From: Phoronis australis
Lineage: Eukaryota > Animalia > Phoronida
Assembly: GCA_002633005.1 (NCBI GenBank)
Contig: NMRA01000079.1
Span: 257,348-321,347 of the forward strand
Length of the DNA: 64,000 nt
Direction of reading: 5' to 3'
The stretch's first letter is position 1. Each line of letters opens with the position of its first letter. The notes under the pieces were generated by a model. The model had not been told where the DNA came from. It saw nothing but the letters and a program-made list of their open reading frames with translations, and searched no databases. Below, one piece after another: positions 52,761 to 64,000 of this stretch. Position numbers and translations under genes: made by a program.

Positions 52761-53049
52761 AAGGGCAGACAATTCGACTAACGTGCCCCATAGGTTCTAA
52801 ACATTGGCCCATAAATTTGAGGAATTGTGAGGCAATTAATGTGCTTATTCATAAAATTTTCTGGTACGTGTATAAAAACTGGTTCCCATTCTCAAAAATG
52901 GAAGCAAAAAACAGACTATGCGCTATAAAAAGGTGATTGTAAAGTATACTCGGATAAAACGCGAGTTCTCATCCGGCTACCGTGCCTTCCTCGCTTAGTA
53001 ACGTCTAAATCAGTACATCTTTTTCGAGTTTCATTACTTTAGTAGTTTT

Positions 53050-53215
53050 CAGGGGATAGCGCGAACGCAGTCCCCCACTAACACAAATTATGCATCCGAG
53101 TAACCCACATTTGGGGTTATCGCAGGCGTCAGCCCGATCGAAGTGCAATGAAAGGGCCTCTTCCTGGAGGTTCCGCCTTACTGATCACGGAAATACCTCT
53201 ATGCCAGGTAAGTAT
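53050..53215 (-). ncRNA. U1: U1 spliceosomal snRNA, copy 1
   Basis: Starts ATACTTACCTGG; U1A loop ATTGCAC; Sm site AATTTGTG; SL4 GGGGGACTGCGTTCGCGCTATCCCC; 166 nt. Confidence 0.97.
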
Positions 53216-53760
53216 GATTAAGTGGACGTCAAATTTTTTCATGTAACAAAAAAACTTTCTGTTTGAACAGGTGTTTATATTTATTTGACAAGAACTTTAT
53301 TTTTGTTCCTTACTTTTGTAATACTTGTACCTGTAAAAATAAAACAAATAATTTTACGTTAACAACATTCCAGACTTTTCTTTTGTTTTACTATTTGCAA
53401 GATTATTTTGAAAGAAATGTTGTTTTCTGTTGCATATGGGTCAATTACAGCGCCACCTATGAAGTCAAATACTCCTGTTGACCATGGCAATCACTTTGTT
53501 CCTCAGACAAATAAAAACAGACGTTTTCCGTGGAAACTCAGCTTACCTTTTTCGCAGGATACATTCACGCGTTTAGAGGCCTAAAATTTCATCTTGGAAA
53601 CTCCAGATTCTGCCATTTAACAATAGAATTACAGTCGCGTTTTACTTCGAATGAGCAGTTTTTGCTGACCCTTGAGTAACACAGTATTATAGACCGGCGG
53701 AATGTTATTAATTATGGCTGCCAGCCAGAATTTTACTAGGCATTATGCACTGTTTTCAAA
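53216..53760 (-). promoter_or_regulatory. U1 copy 1 upstream region (PSE-position block, octamer-like and distal conserved elements)
   Basis: CCTGTTCAAACAGAAA at about -41 to -56 shared between units; ATTTGCAA near -180; conserved block near -215 to -245. Functional names are inferred from position. Confidence 0.65.
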
Positions 53761-55046
53761 AACGATATTAGGCAATGTTTATAAAATTTCCACCTTTACA
53801 TGAGGGGGCTATCAAAAATAGGACCGTATAATTTTACTGATAATTTCTAGAAAACGAAAACGAAATAATTCATGACACTGAACCAGCTTTTTTGAGGTTT
53901 TGTCTTGAACATTTATATCATACGATATTTGCTGATGTTATTGGTCTTGTTGTTTTGCTATGAATACACCTTTCTTTTTTACTTATTTTTACTAAAAGCA
54001 TGGTCGCGTGACCTACTTAATGGCAGATGGGTACAAATCAAAATCGAATTCTGCGGAATTTCTATTTTTAGAAAATGTAAACTTTTGCTTAATTAAATTC
54101 TTTAGTTTGTAGATAATTGGCTAAATACATAGACTTGTCGAGTAGGTCCCACATAACCCAAACGAGATCGACGTCAACCCGTCATGAGGTGCTTCAAGTC
54201 AATGTCAAAAGACACTCCAATGCCTTTGAGTAGCGTAGACCATTGGTCAAGACAAGGAATATATTATGAGCGCCATCCCGCATCATTAGCGCGTGAAATG
54301 TTTCGTTGACGCACCATGATAGCCGGGCCAACGTGCATTAAAACTGATATAATTTTGCCTAATTTTGTTTTGAATTACATGCATCGCATTCAGAATCTTA
54401 CACAACTACAAAGCAGATGAGCTGATAAAAACAACAATTTGAGCTTCAGGTGGTCTGCCATATTGCGAAAATACAGATCGTGAACTGTAGATTTATGTAT
54501 TTGTTTAAACCGAAATGCCATCAAGACCAATTACTAATCGCGTAACCTACTGAGACAGCAGACGAATTCACGCATATTTAAAAGCTTCCACCAAAAATCG
54601 AACCCAAGAAGGGCAGACATTCGACTAAGGTGTCCCATACGTCCTAAAAATTGGCCCATAGATTTGAATCCCTGTGAATCAATTCACTCATACTCACGTT
54701 TTTCTAAGTTGACCCCTGCAACGAAAACTTCGTGACAAGTTTTTGAAAATTAACTCTCGAATTTTTATTTTGGAGCGTGATTCGAAAGTGAAATGCACCT
54801 TTAACATTGTGGAACAGTAAACCATGCATTCTATAATTTTCGTATCCTTGTTTGGGTTTTCTCTTGAACCTGACTATTGTAAGATCAAAAATCGTACGAC
54901 AGCCATCAAATTGTCTGATGCTCATATAAAAATCGTTAAATTTCTCAAAACAATAGGAGCGAGTCTCCACCCAGCTGCCTTCCTTTAATCAATGCTAAAT
55001 GATCAATGCGATTCTTCACTATCCAGTTCATTACTTTTGTAGTTTT

Positions 55047-55212
55047 CAGGGGTTAGCGCGAACGCAGACCCCCACTAACACAAATTGTGCATCCGAGTAA
55101 CCCACATTTGGGGTTATCGCAGGCGTCAGCCCAATCGACGTGCAATGAAAGGGCCTCTTCCTGGAGGTTCCGCCTCACTGATCACGGAAAAACCTCTATG
55201 CCAGGTAAGTAT
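55047..55212 (-). ncRNA. U1: U1 spliceosomal snRNA, copy 2
   Basis: Same hallmarks as copy 1, 166 nt, with several substitutions including a compensatory pair in SL4. Confidence 0.97.
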
Positions 55213-55730
55213 GCTTAAGTGGTCGTTAAATTTTTATATATAAAAAGAAATTTTTCTGTTTGAACAGGTGTTTATTAGATTTATTTGACAATCAGTTTAT
55301 TTTTTCCTTAACTTTCTAATATTTATACGTATAACAATGAAAGCACGTAATAGTCATTGACAATATTTCAAATTTTTCTTTTGTTTTACTATTTGCAAAG
55401 TTATTTTGAAAGAAATGTTGTTTTCTGTTGCATATGGGTCAATTACAGCGCCACCTATTAGTGGTCAAATTACTCCTCAGTTCTATCGACCAATCGCTTT
55501 GTTCCTCGGACAAATAAAAGTAAACGTCTTCTGTGGAAACTCAGCTTAGCTTTTTCGGAGGAGACATTTCACGCGTTTAGAGTCCTAAAGTTTCATCGTG
55601 GAAACTCCAGATTCTGCCATTTCACAATAGAATTAGAGTCGCTTTTTCAAGTTTTCACTTCGGAATGAGCAGGTTTTTGCTGACCCATGAGTATCATTGT
55701 TATTAATCATGGGTGCATGCACTGTTCTGC
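55213..55730 (-). promoter_or_regulatory. U1 copy 2 upstream region
   Basis: Homologous to the other units at the same offsets. Confidence 0.65.
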
Positions 55731-57145
55731 AAAAAAAGGCTGACAATTCTACTAACGTGAACCATATAGGCCCTAAACATTGGCCCATATGAGCCCTTGA
55801 GCGCCAGTTAATGTGCTCATTCCAACGTTTCTCTAAGACATTTGGCCAAAATAAAGCTTGGTAGCACCATGGTAGCACTGCGTTATTGAGCTCCGTTACA
55901 TCCCCGAAATTTCCCACAGCCCGGGTACAGTTCTGCTCGTCACCGGCGTGAAACTTATATCAACATGTAGAGCTAGCGAGCGGAGCAGGCGCATGCAAAA
56001 TCTAGAAGTCAACAACACTCACCTAGCAGGTTGCAGCCGCTTGAGTGAAAAACAATCTAATGAACGTCTTTGTTTGCCTAATGTAACAAAAAGTTTGTCG
56101 CGCTCGTGACATGAGCACGCAACACCATATCCCGGAAATTTTGCGACATCTTTCGGAAGATGATGACTCAACTTCGCAACAGCACGATTTGTTCTGAAAA
56201 TCGATTTGCTGGTATGAAAATACTAAAAACTTATGACGAAATGAAACCAGTTCCGATAATTTGTTGTGCCATATACGCAACCTCTAAGAAGAGAAGAAGC
56301 CGAGCTGACTGAACGGTGAAAAAATTAAGGAACTGGTCAATGTAAGCCGACCTAAAAGAACGCATCTCAATTTTAGCAGCAGAATAACTACAGAACGACA
56401 ATTTTTCCCGGCGAGCGCCGATAAATAATTTAGTTTACTCAAGGAAGAGTGTCGTTAACAACACTAATTCGGTGAAGATTTTATATGTTCAGTGTTTTAC
56501 CCACATCGGCGCCAAGCGGTATATTTTAGTATACTGCTTTGCCGCACAAAGGCTAGTTATGATGCTTCAACCCGAGAACCAAAACGCCCGCTTTTTTCTT
56601 GACTGAAACGTCAAATTGGAGAAAACGATTTTCATTTTGTTCTAAAACTTACGCAGTGGATAAAGTTATAATTATTTAGCTCAAAAGCATGCAACGTGGT
56701 TGGTTTGTGGTTAAAACTCAAAGCGAAGTGTCCTGTAGCGCACAAAAGATTTCGTTGGATTAATCGGCACCAGACCTGCCTATGCATACGTATATAGCTC
56801 CATTGTATGATCTGTGTAGGCCTATCGGTAATAAATCTTAACTTGTTTGTCACTGCGGTTTCAATCCCCGGCGGTCATGTTCAGTCCCCGGCGGTCCTGT
56901 TTTCTGGTGGGGCGGTCATGTTTTTAGGTGCGTCAGTCTTATTTTCTGGTGCGACGTTCCCATTTGATCCCCGGAGGTCCTGTTTTGGGTGAGTCGGTCC
57001 GATTTAAGAGGACCGGCGGTCATGTGTTTCTCACCCGTGACCTAGATAAAACGTGAGATCTCGTCCGGTTACTGTACCTTCCTTGATTTGTAAAGCCTGG
57101 CTGATCAATGCATTCTTGTTAAGGTTTCATTACTTTAGTAGTTTT

Positions 57146-57310
57146 CAGGGGATAGCGCGAACGCAGTCCCCCACTAACACAAATTATGCATCCGAGTAAC
57201 CCACATTTGGGGTTATCGCAGGCGTCAGCCCAAACGAAGTGCAATGAAAGGGCCTCTTCCTGGAGGTTCCGCCTCACTGATCACGGAAAACCTCTATGCC
57301 AGGTAAGTAT
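57146..57310 (-). ncRNA. U1: U1 spliceosomal snRNA, copy 3
   Basis: Same hallmarks, 165 nt; upstream flank (57311-57560) is more diverged but still alignable. Confidence 0.97.
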
Positions 57311-58431
57311 GATCTGTAGAAATTCACAATAATATACATACTTATTCTATCATCTTTCTGAACTGGTTTGTTAGTATAATTGACAAGTCTCATTTGTCTC
57401 GGTTTTTTATGTGCTAAAAGTGCACAAAACAATAAACAACGCATTTTTCTATATTAGCTTTTTTTCCAGTTTTGTTCTTTTTCATTATTTACATCGTTAT
57501 ATTGAATGAAATGTTGATTTATTGTACATATAGGTCAGTTACAGCGTCACCTGTTGGTAGATTCGTTATTTCTTTTGTCGATTGGTCCGGTCCTGAGATC
57601 AGTGAAAAATAGATGTATTGCATATTTCAGTGGATATGCGAGGGCATTTTAACATTCTTAAGGTCTTATTGCCGTGTTGCCTTTTAGTTAACTTATTAAC
57701 AACATGCTTGTTTGTTCGTCTCCCGAGGCGAGTTGGGGAAGGGTGAGAAAGACCAGATAAATGAGTTAGAGTTGACCCGCTAAATTAGGTCGTAACAATT
57801 TTCTGGTTTAAAAGTCATACCCAGACAATTCGTCAAGTATTTAATATGAGATCAGCTTAGCCGCCTGGCGGCCGGGATTCGATCCGTCCAGGCTCACTCG
57901 CGCGAAACGACGCCATTTCAGTCACCGCTGTATCTACGACCTTTTTTCCATGATGATAGAGCCAATTAGTGTCGGTGATTGCATCAGATTATAATTTAAA
58001 GCAGCATTTCTTATAGGCCCGTTATCTTATTTAGGCTCTCAGCCCCGTGTCCGTATTGATGATATGCCCTGGCTGGCAGCTATTAACAAGCCGGGATAAA
58101 CGTGTTATCATGCTAACAAATAGTTACATGTGAAACTCGGACCGTGACAACCTCAGATCTGATTGGTTGAAATGGCTTCAGTGTCATGACGTAGTGGTTA
58201 TATACAGTGGTCAGTGTAACCACTGATTTCAGTTAATTGAAGAATGGGATTGGCTAGTTACTTAAGGAGGACCGATACGGTGCCTGTGTGGAAAGTTGAT
58301 TCTTATAGAGACGTCAGCGGCTTCAAATTAGTGACACTTATGAAGCACTTAGTGACCCTGTCTGTGACAGGTAACTTGATGTGATGAACTACAACCTCCT
58401 CACGTGCTTGGTTATGACATAAACTAGTTTC

Positions 58432-60357
58432 TCACATGCACAAACACATTGGGTCAAACTTGTATGATTTGCTGATGGCGGACAGCTGCTTCCCCGTCAG
58501 CACCCCGTACTTCTTGCACTGGGTGGACAGAAATTCTAGCGCCTCAATCCCGCGATAAACCTCGCGACACGCCGTGGATGTCAGATTGCGAGGCACAGTT
58601 TTTAGATGTAGGACTCTCCGAACTTCATTTTGCATAAATCCCCAGTCACTGCTCGTCCCAAGGTAATTCTTGGTAACCAGTTCCAACTTGAGCTTCGGTA
58701 AAGCTGGAAATGGAACACATGATCACGTGGTTTAGCCGCTGAGGCCATGCTGTTGTTGAGTTCATCTGTTCGGTCAGAACAATTAAAGCTCATTTTAAAT
58801 TGACAAAGTCCCTGCACTCTAGACTGAGAGAGTCAAATCTATGCGACTCCAATGCATAAATGCGTTATCTATAGAATTTTCATTGAACTGGATGCTACTT
58901 AATTGTAAACGAACGAGGCGTTGGGATAAATATTTCAGAAAAAAAAACCACTCGAGACGATACTTGCCTGAAGTTACAGAAGGTAGCATACCAGTGCAGC
59001 GACACGATACCTGAGACCCCCCACCCTATATGCCGGGAGCGCTTTACATGTTTGTAACTTACCTTTGCGTAAAATGCAATGAGCATCCAACACAACGTTT
59101 GGGTCCAAAACATAAAGTTTGGCGTACAGCACATTCATGTCGATATTGTACTGTTCCTGGGAATAGTCCCCTCTTAGTGTAGCGCAGACGATATCTTTTA
59201 CCCAAGTTCCATCTTCCATAAGACAGAGAAGTTTTGACGCCCAACCTTTTCTGAAAATAAAAAGGTTTTGAAAATTCATTAAAACAACTCAATGTAATGA
59301 ACTCGGATCATTTAAATACAAAGACCTGTTGATAGGTTATGAATGTGTGATATTTTATTCGTTTAATAATGGTCCGTTGGCGGATAATAGTTGGTGCGAT
59401 TGCCCTAGGCCCTTAAGTTCTGTCAAGTCAAGTCTATATTTTACAGGTGGAATAATTCTGGCCGACTTATGAAATGCACGTCTAATATTTAATAACTACA
59501 AATTTCCATATAATACTTGTACTTACGGATTGTCTTGCAAATAATCATTGAAGGAAACATGGTTAGTCCTGTCTTCCACAAGATTGGGGAATAACGAAAT
59601 ATACAACGAAAACCCTGTAATCAAAAATTCAAGGTGTACTGAATTATCGTTCTAGATTGAGGTAGAATATTTCTCTTTTATTTTTGAGATGCACAAGTAC
59701 TACATCGTAAGTATGCCTAGTAGTTGTTTCGAAAAAAAATTATCGGGTGAAGTTAAAAGAATTTTCGAAAACATTTTGTAATGTGAAGCCAATGTTCAAA
59801 TCAGCTATGCGACTTCACACCAGAATATACAGGACTCAGACAAGCTTTTTAACACGAGTTCAAGTTTTACGATTCTAAAGTTCGTGTAAGGCGCTTGTTT
59901 TCTCCTACCTTGAGAGGAGCAAAGTTGTCGGAAATCTCGTACAATTATTTGAGTGCGCGTTTATTTCTATGAAAAGTTTCTCACCTAATTTCTTCCACTG
60001 GGAACTGTTCTGAAGTCGTTTTAACTTTTCGTTGCATTTTCTTCCGTCAACCATTCTCCACATTCCTGCGTCGTCCTTATAGTTGAATATTGTGTTAGCA
60101 ACTAATAGCGTGGCAAACTGCTCAAAGTCGAACCACGGAAGGTGAATGGGAACAAGCGTAAAGCCTGCACTACGACACGTGTCTGTAAAAAATACGTCTG
60201 CCACACAAGGCGTACTTTTTACCAGTGATATGAATAACTGTTTTGCCGCGTCGGCCACGACATCGCCTCCGTTCACGAACGGTGTCAGAGACAGTAAATG
60301 TTCGACACTCATATTTTTCGACTTCTGAAAAACTCTGTCCGCGTTACAACCAAACAT
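58432..60357 (-). CDS. Uncharacterised protein, complement(join(58432-58703,59063-59250,59909-60357)), 302 aa
   Basis: Three ORF-track segments join through GT-AG introns (AAG|GTAGGA..tttcag, AAG|GTAAGT..ttccag) with matching phases 2 and 1, 909 nt without internal stop; start codon uncertain (60357 or 60312). Confidence 0.75.
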
Positions 60358-61524
60358 GGTTGGAATCACACTGCGGCATTTGCCCTTTTCCTTTTGATCT
60401 CAGTGAGTTTGCCAGTCTTGCAATCTTTGCAATAGTCCCCCTTTGACTGATCGACCCAGACAATGACTTTCCAAGACGATATGCTCATAAGCCTGGTTCG
60501 GTTATAACACTGTGCGTCTTTAAGCGATTAATCATATGGCTCGCTCAGGGTGTTGTCTCGCCCAGGATGTTGACTCGCTCAGTGCCCGGGTGGCACCGTC
60601 CTTCTAGGACTGTGTGAAGTATTAGCGCAATGTTGCAGAAAGTTACGTAACAACCCACTGAAGTTAACTTACTAGGCCACGGGCATTGTAATCGCAAAAG
60701 TAAAATTTGTATTAGAACGTGGAAAACGTAAACACCTTATGCATGCGTGTAAGCCACTCGGAATTCCTTCAGGCTCGACGAATGAATAAAATTATCTAAA
60801 CAAGAAAGTGTGTGCGGCGTATCACTAATCATTAGGGCCCAGAACACGATCGTGTCAGTGGTAATCATAATCACAGCAGAAATGTTTATTGTATCTTGGC
60901 CATGGTCTCATTATACAATTTTCTATACAACTTTGACATGGTAAAAGCTCCACTGGCTTTAGTGGCCCTGTTGCTTTTGAACTCAGTGATGTGGTACTCG
61001 AGCATTCATCATGATAATAAATGTCCGTCCAAGATGGTTAGGGTAGTGTGTTGCCCCACAGCAAAACGACTACTGGACGTTTCGCTGTGCAACTCATTAT
61101 ACATGTAGTATAAAAAATACCGGTGACTCGGAGAAGATGGATGCAAACTGAGCAAAGTCCCGGTGATTCCACAAGACTGCATTTTCGCTGTTTTTAACTG
61201 GCTAGAAACGACTGAGAAATTAAGCCTTTTACTCAATACTCAATATCTCATTAACGTGATGACTCGAGATTCTATTTCTATCAATACGACACGTCGAATC
61301 ATCAGTGACTCCCGAATACTATATCTCTTTAGCGTAAAGCTATTGTAGTTGCATGGCAATGCAACCTCGTCATTGTGACTGAAGGTTCTCCACGAAAAAG
61401 GGCAATTTTACAGAAATTAACATTGTAGCGCGGAATCTAAGCAATATTAGCTTCACAAGGGGCCGATCGAACGCTCTTTCTTTGAGCCAAATCTGGCGCG
61501 GTAAATATTAAGTCCCCCTCCCGT

Positions 61525-61671
61525 TTACTAGTAACGCTAGGGCCTCGCTCCAGTCTAAAAGCAAGATTTCGCGTGATTACTTGAGATATTGCCGTGTATT
61601 TCAAATGAGATCACGTGACTTCGGCTAGACTTAGGTCTAGCGTAGGTCCTAGCGTTACTGAAGGCACGCCC
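61525..61671. mobile_element. MITE (Harbinger-like), copy 2 of the 1256-1396 family
   Basis: Shares aaatgaga.cacgtga and tagcgtaggtcctagc.ttactgaa.gcacgcc. Confidence 0.65.
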
Positions 61672-62582
61672 GATAACTAAGGTAAGGTGGAAGTTGTCGC
61701 TCTGTGCATGACAATGAAAAGCTGATGCGACAATAATGAGGCACAAAAGAATCCGTCTGTACGTTACGGTAGCTACTCCCACCCTGCCAGAGGGTTTCGG
61801 CCATGCACAGGAGCTAGGCGCACTCACGCAAGTTACCCTAACACAAGTAGGCCCTATGCGGTAAATCACGTTTTCACTACAAAAGTTGAGACGGATCATC
61901 TGACACGGAACGATATGAATGGGAGTAAGTGTATGTGTAACAGACACGGAGCATATTGACACCACGGTGACAACTTTTGTTGTCTGTGAGGTACAAGAGC
62001 AAGTTGCGCCCGATCATCTTGCTCCGTGTCAACTATACGTCTAAACGCGAAACTGGGGCAAAGTGGAAGGGATCATCTCGATAACGCTTGCGCAAAACGC
62101 ACATATACGAACAAGTAATCATTTTCGCGCAATTTCTACGATTTGACAGTGAGCTGTTCGATCAGGGCCTTCATGTGTACTTTAGCTGTGACTAAGGTAT
62201 TAATTTTTAAATTGTCAGAATATTACACGCACTTAACATTCAAGACTGGGTTCAATTCATATTTGGTTATGTATAGTATGTCTGCTAATGAAGGCTTTAA
62301 TCAGTTATCAGAAACTCATCGTCACGAATTACGTACACTGGGGATAATTAAAAGCACCATAACAACAATTAACGACAGTGAGCTGTGGCTCCCGCACATT
62401 TGCATCTTTGCGCATGAGCACTCCATATTCCTGCCTACAACTTCTGCCTTGAGTTGTGTGTGTATGAAACGGCTGCTTGACACTGATCGTCTTGCGTGGT
62501 GTCAGTTGCGCCGTGTCAAAAGCTAATGCTTTAACGGGATTGACAACGGCACGATTTCAGTGAAAATGGTCGGTTTTCAATG

Positions 62583-62624
62583 ATATATATATATATATAT
62601 AAATATATTTATATATATATATAT
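62583..62624. repeat. (AT)n microsatellite
   Basis: Interrupted AT dinucleotide run. Confidence 0.9.
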
Positions 62625-62841
62625 CCCCGTCTAAGCTAATAACTTTAAGTAGTTTAACCCATCCAACAATATCAAAAACGATATCTCTTTAGTTACCAGT
62701 TCATTCTGCAAAAAGTCATGAATTGGATGGGCGTGGTAATGCTTTCAAATTGCGAAGGACTGCGATTAAAAACTCTACATACACATACAATGTCAAAATT
62801 CGAAGCTAAATCCAAAAATCCAAACCTGACGTTGTTACTTT

Positions 62842-63210
62842 TCAGGAATTTTCACTAGATATCCCAATTAATGGAAACACGGTGCTTCTCACAAGCAGGA
62901 AACCGGGATGACGTAGATTATCATCCCAAAGATGACTGAATAAAATCGAGAAAATTAACTGTTCAATAACTTTAGATAAAGAACAGAGCAATGTTATTGT
63001 CAGTAATTTGTATGTTGAGTGATTTTTTCTTTGTATTGGTAACACGATCTTATGTTATTCCCAACAGATGGAGCAATTAGAAGACAGCTACTTTGTTTAA
63101 AAGCACAGTTAATGGACCGACAGTAGCTGGACACATATTTGCATGATGTTGTTAAATGTGTTATCAGAAACATCGCCATTTTTCAAGCCAGTTTCTTGTA
63201 AAAGTCTTCT
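62842..63210 (-). mobile_element. Decayed CR1/L2-type LINE reverse transcriptase fragment
   Basis: ITLLCSLSKVIEQLIF...HL...GF...RST resembles the RT domain start (PISLL...SK..E...Q.GF...RST). Confidence 0.6.
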
Positions 63211-63483
63211 TACCTCTGAGGAGTCAATTCGAGGTTATCCACTTCAACCATGCTGCATTATGATATTATTAAATGATGACGTACGGTCTGACGCGACACG
63301 ATTTGGACCCATAAATATGAATAAAAATGCACTGTCACGTCACACCAGAAAAATTTTGAAGGCGATGGATTCTTTGATGCAGGTAATCGCGGGGACAATT
63401 TAGGACTTGAAATTTGTAGGAAATGACGTATTTTGACTAATCGGTGTGCCCCCATGGCACGTTCTCGGGGAGTTGAGAAGGTT

Positions 63484-63743
63484 GACCAGGGGCCCGTTCC
63501 AAGAAACTGACTTAAGTTCATTATTGACTTAAGTCTAAGATTTGTCTTAACTTCCAAACTTTGAAACTTCCATATCTGGTAAATTCATCAAAATTAAGCC
63601 AAAACGTACGTCAAACACTTAAATCAAGCTTAACATCTCTTTCTTGAAATGATTTTGAGACAAATTGAACTTCTATTTTAAAATTTAGTAAAATTTAGGA
63701 ATTGTCTTAGCTAAGTCAGTTTTGTTGGAACGGGCCCCTGGTC
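63484..63743. mobile_element. MITE with ~30-bp TIRs
   Basis: gaccaggggcccgttccaagaaactgactta / taagtcagttttgttggaacgggcccctggtc. Confidence 0.8.
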
Positions 63744-64000
63744 TATAGCCAGATAATAATTTTCAAATTTCGTTGTAATTTACTGCGCTACGTGAATCTG
63801 GTCTGATTATTATCACTGTTTTTATTTTAGGCATTTAATTTTATTTCAATGGGTGTAAAACGTCAAAATGATGTACTAAACAAGCGGATAGGGTTTACTG
63901 GAGACGTTATACGTAGAGAAATCTTTTAAAATTAACTCGGCCTTTCATCAATAAATTTGTCTTTGGCATACCTCCTGCATTTTATGTTAAAATATGAAAA

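Noticed and set aside
57860-57900. gggattcgatcc B-box-like motif, possible tRNA or SINE
   Set aside because: No A-box or cloverleaf could be built.

Overview
AT-rich eukaryotic (metazoan invertebrate, probably mollusc-like; taxon is inference) genomic DNA with spliceosomal introns and many non-autonomous transposons. There is no prokaryotic content. Main content: (1) a complete 9-coding-exon Integrator subunit 14 gene (INTS14/VWA9, + strand, 39927-51019, 501 aa by manual assembly); (2) immediately downstream and convergent with it, a tandem cluster of three U1 snRNA genes (- strand) plus a fourth U1-type promoter whose U1 body is missing and which points at the INTS14 3' end; (3) an unrecognised, splice-phase-consistent 3-exon gene (- strand, 60357-58432, 302 aa, C-terminal CLCM). 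The first 36 kb is mostly MITEs, Helentron-type repeats and a decayed LINE, with weak hints of a minus-strand transcription unit starting near 33.3 kb that I could not assemble. All coordinates were read by eye; repeat boundaries are approximate.
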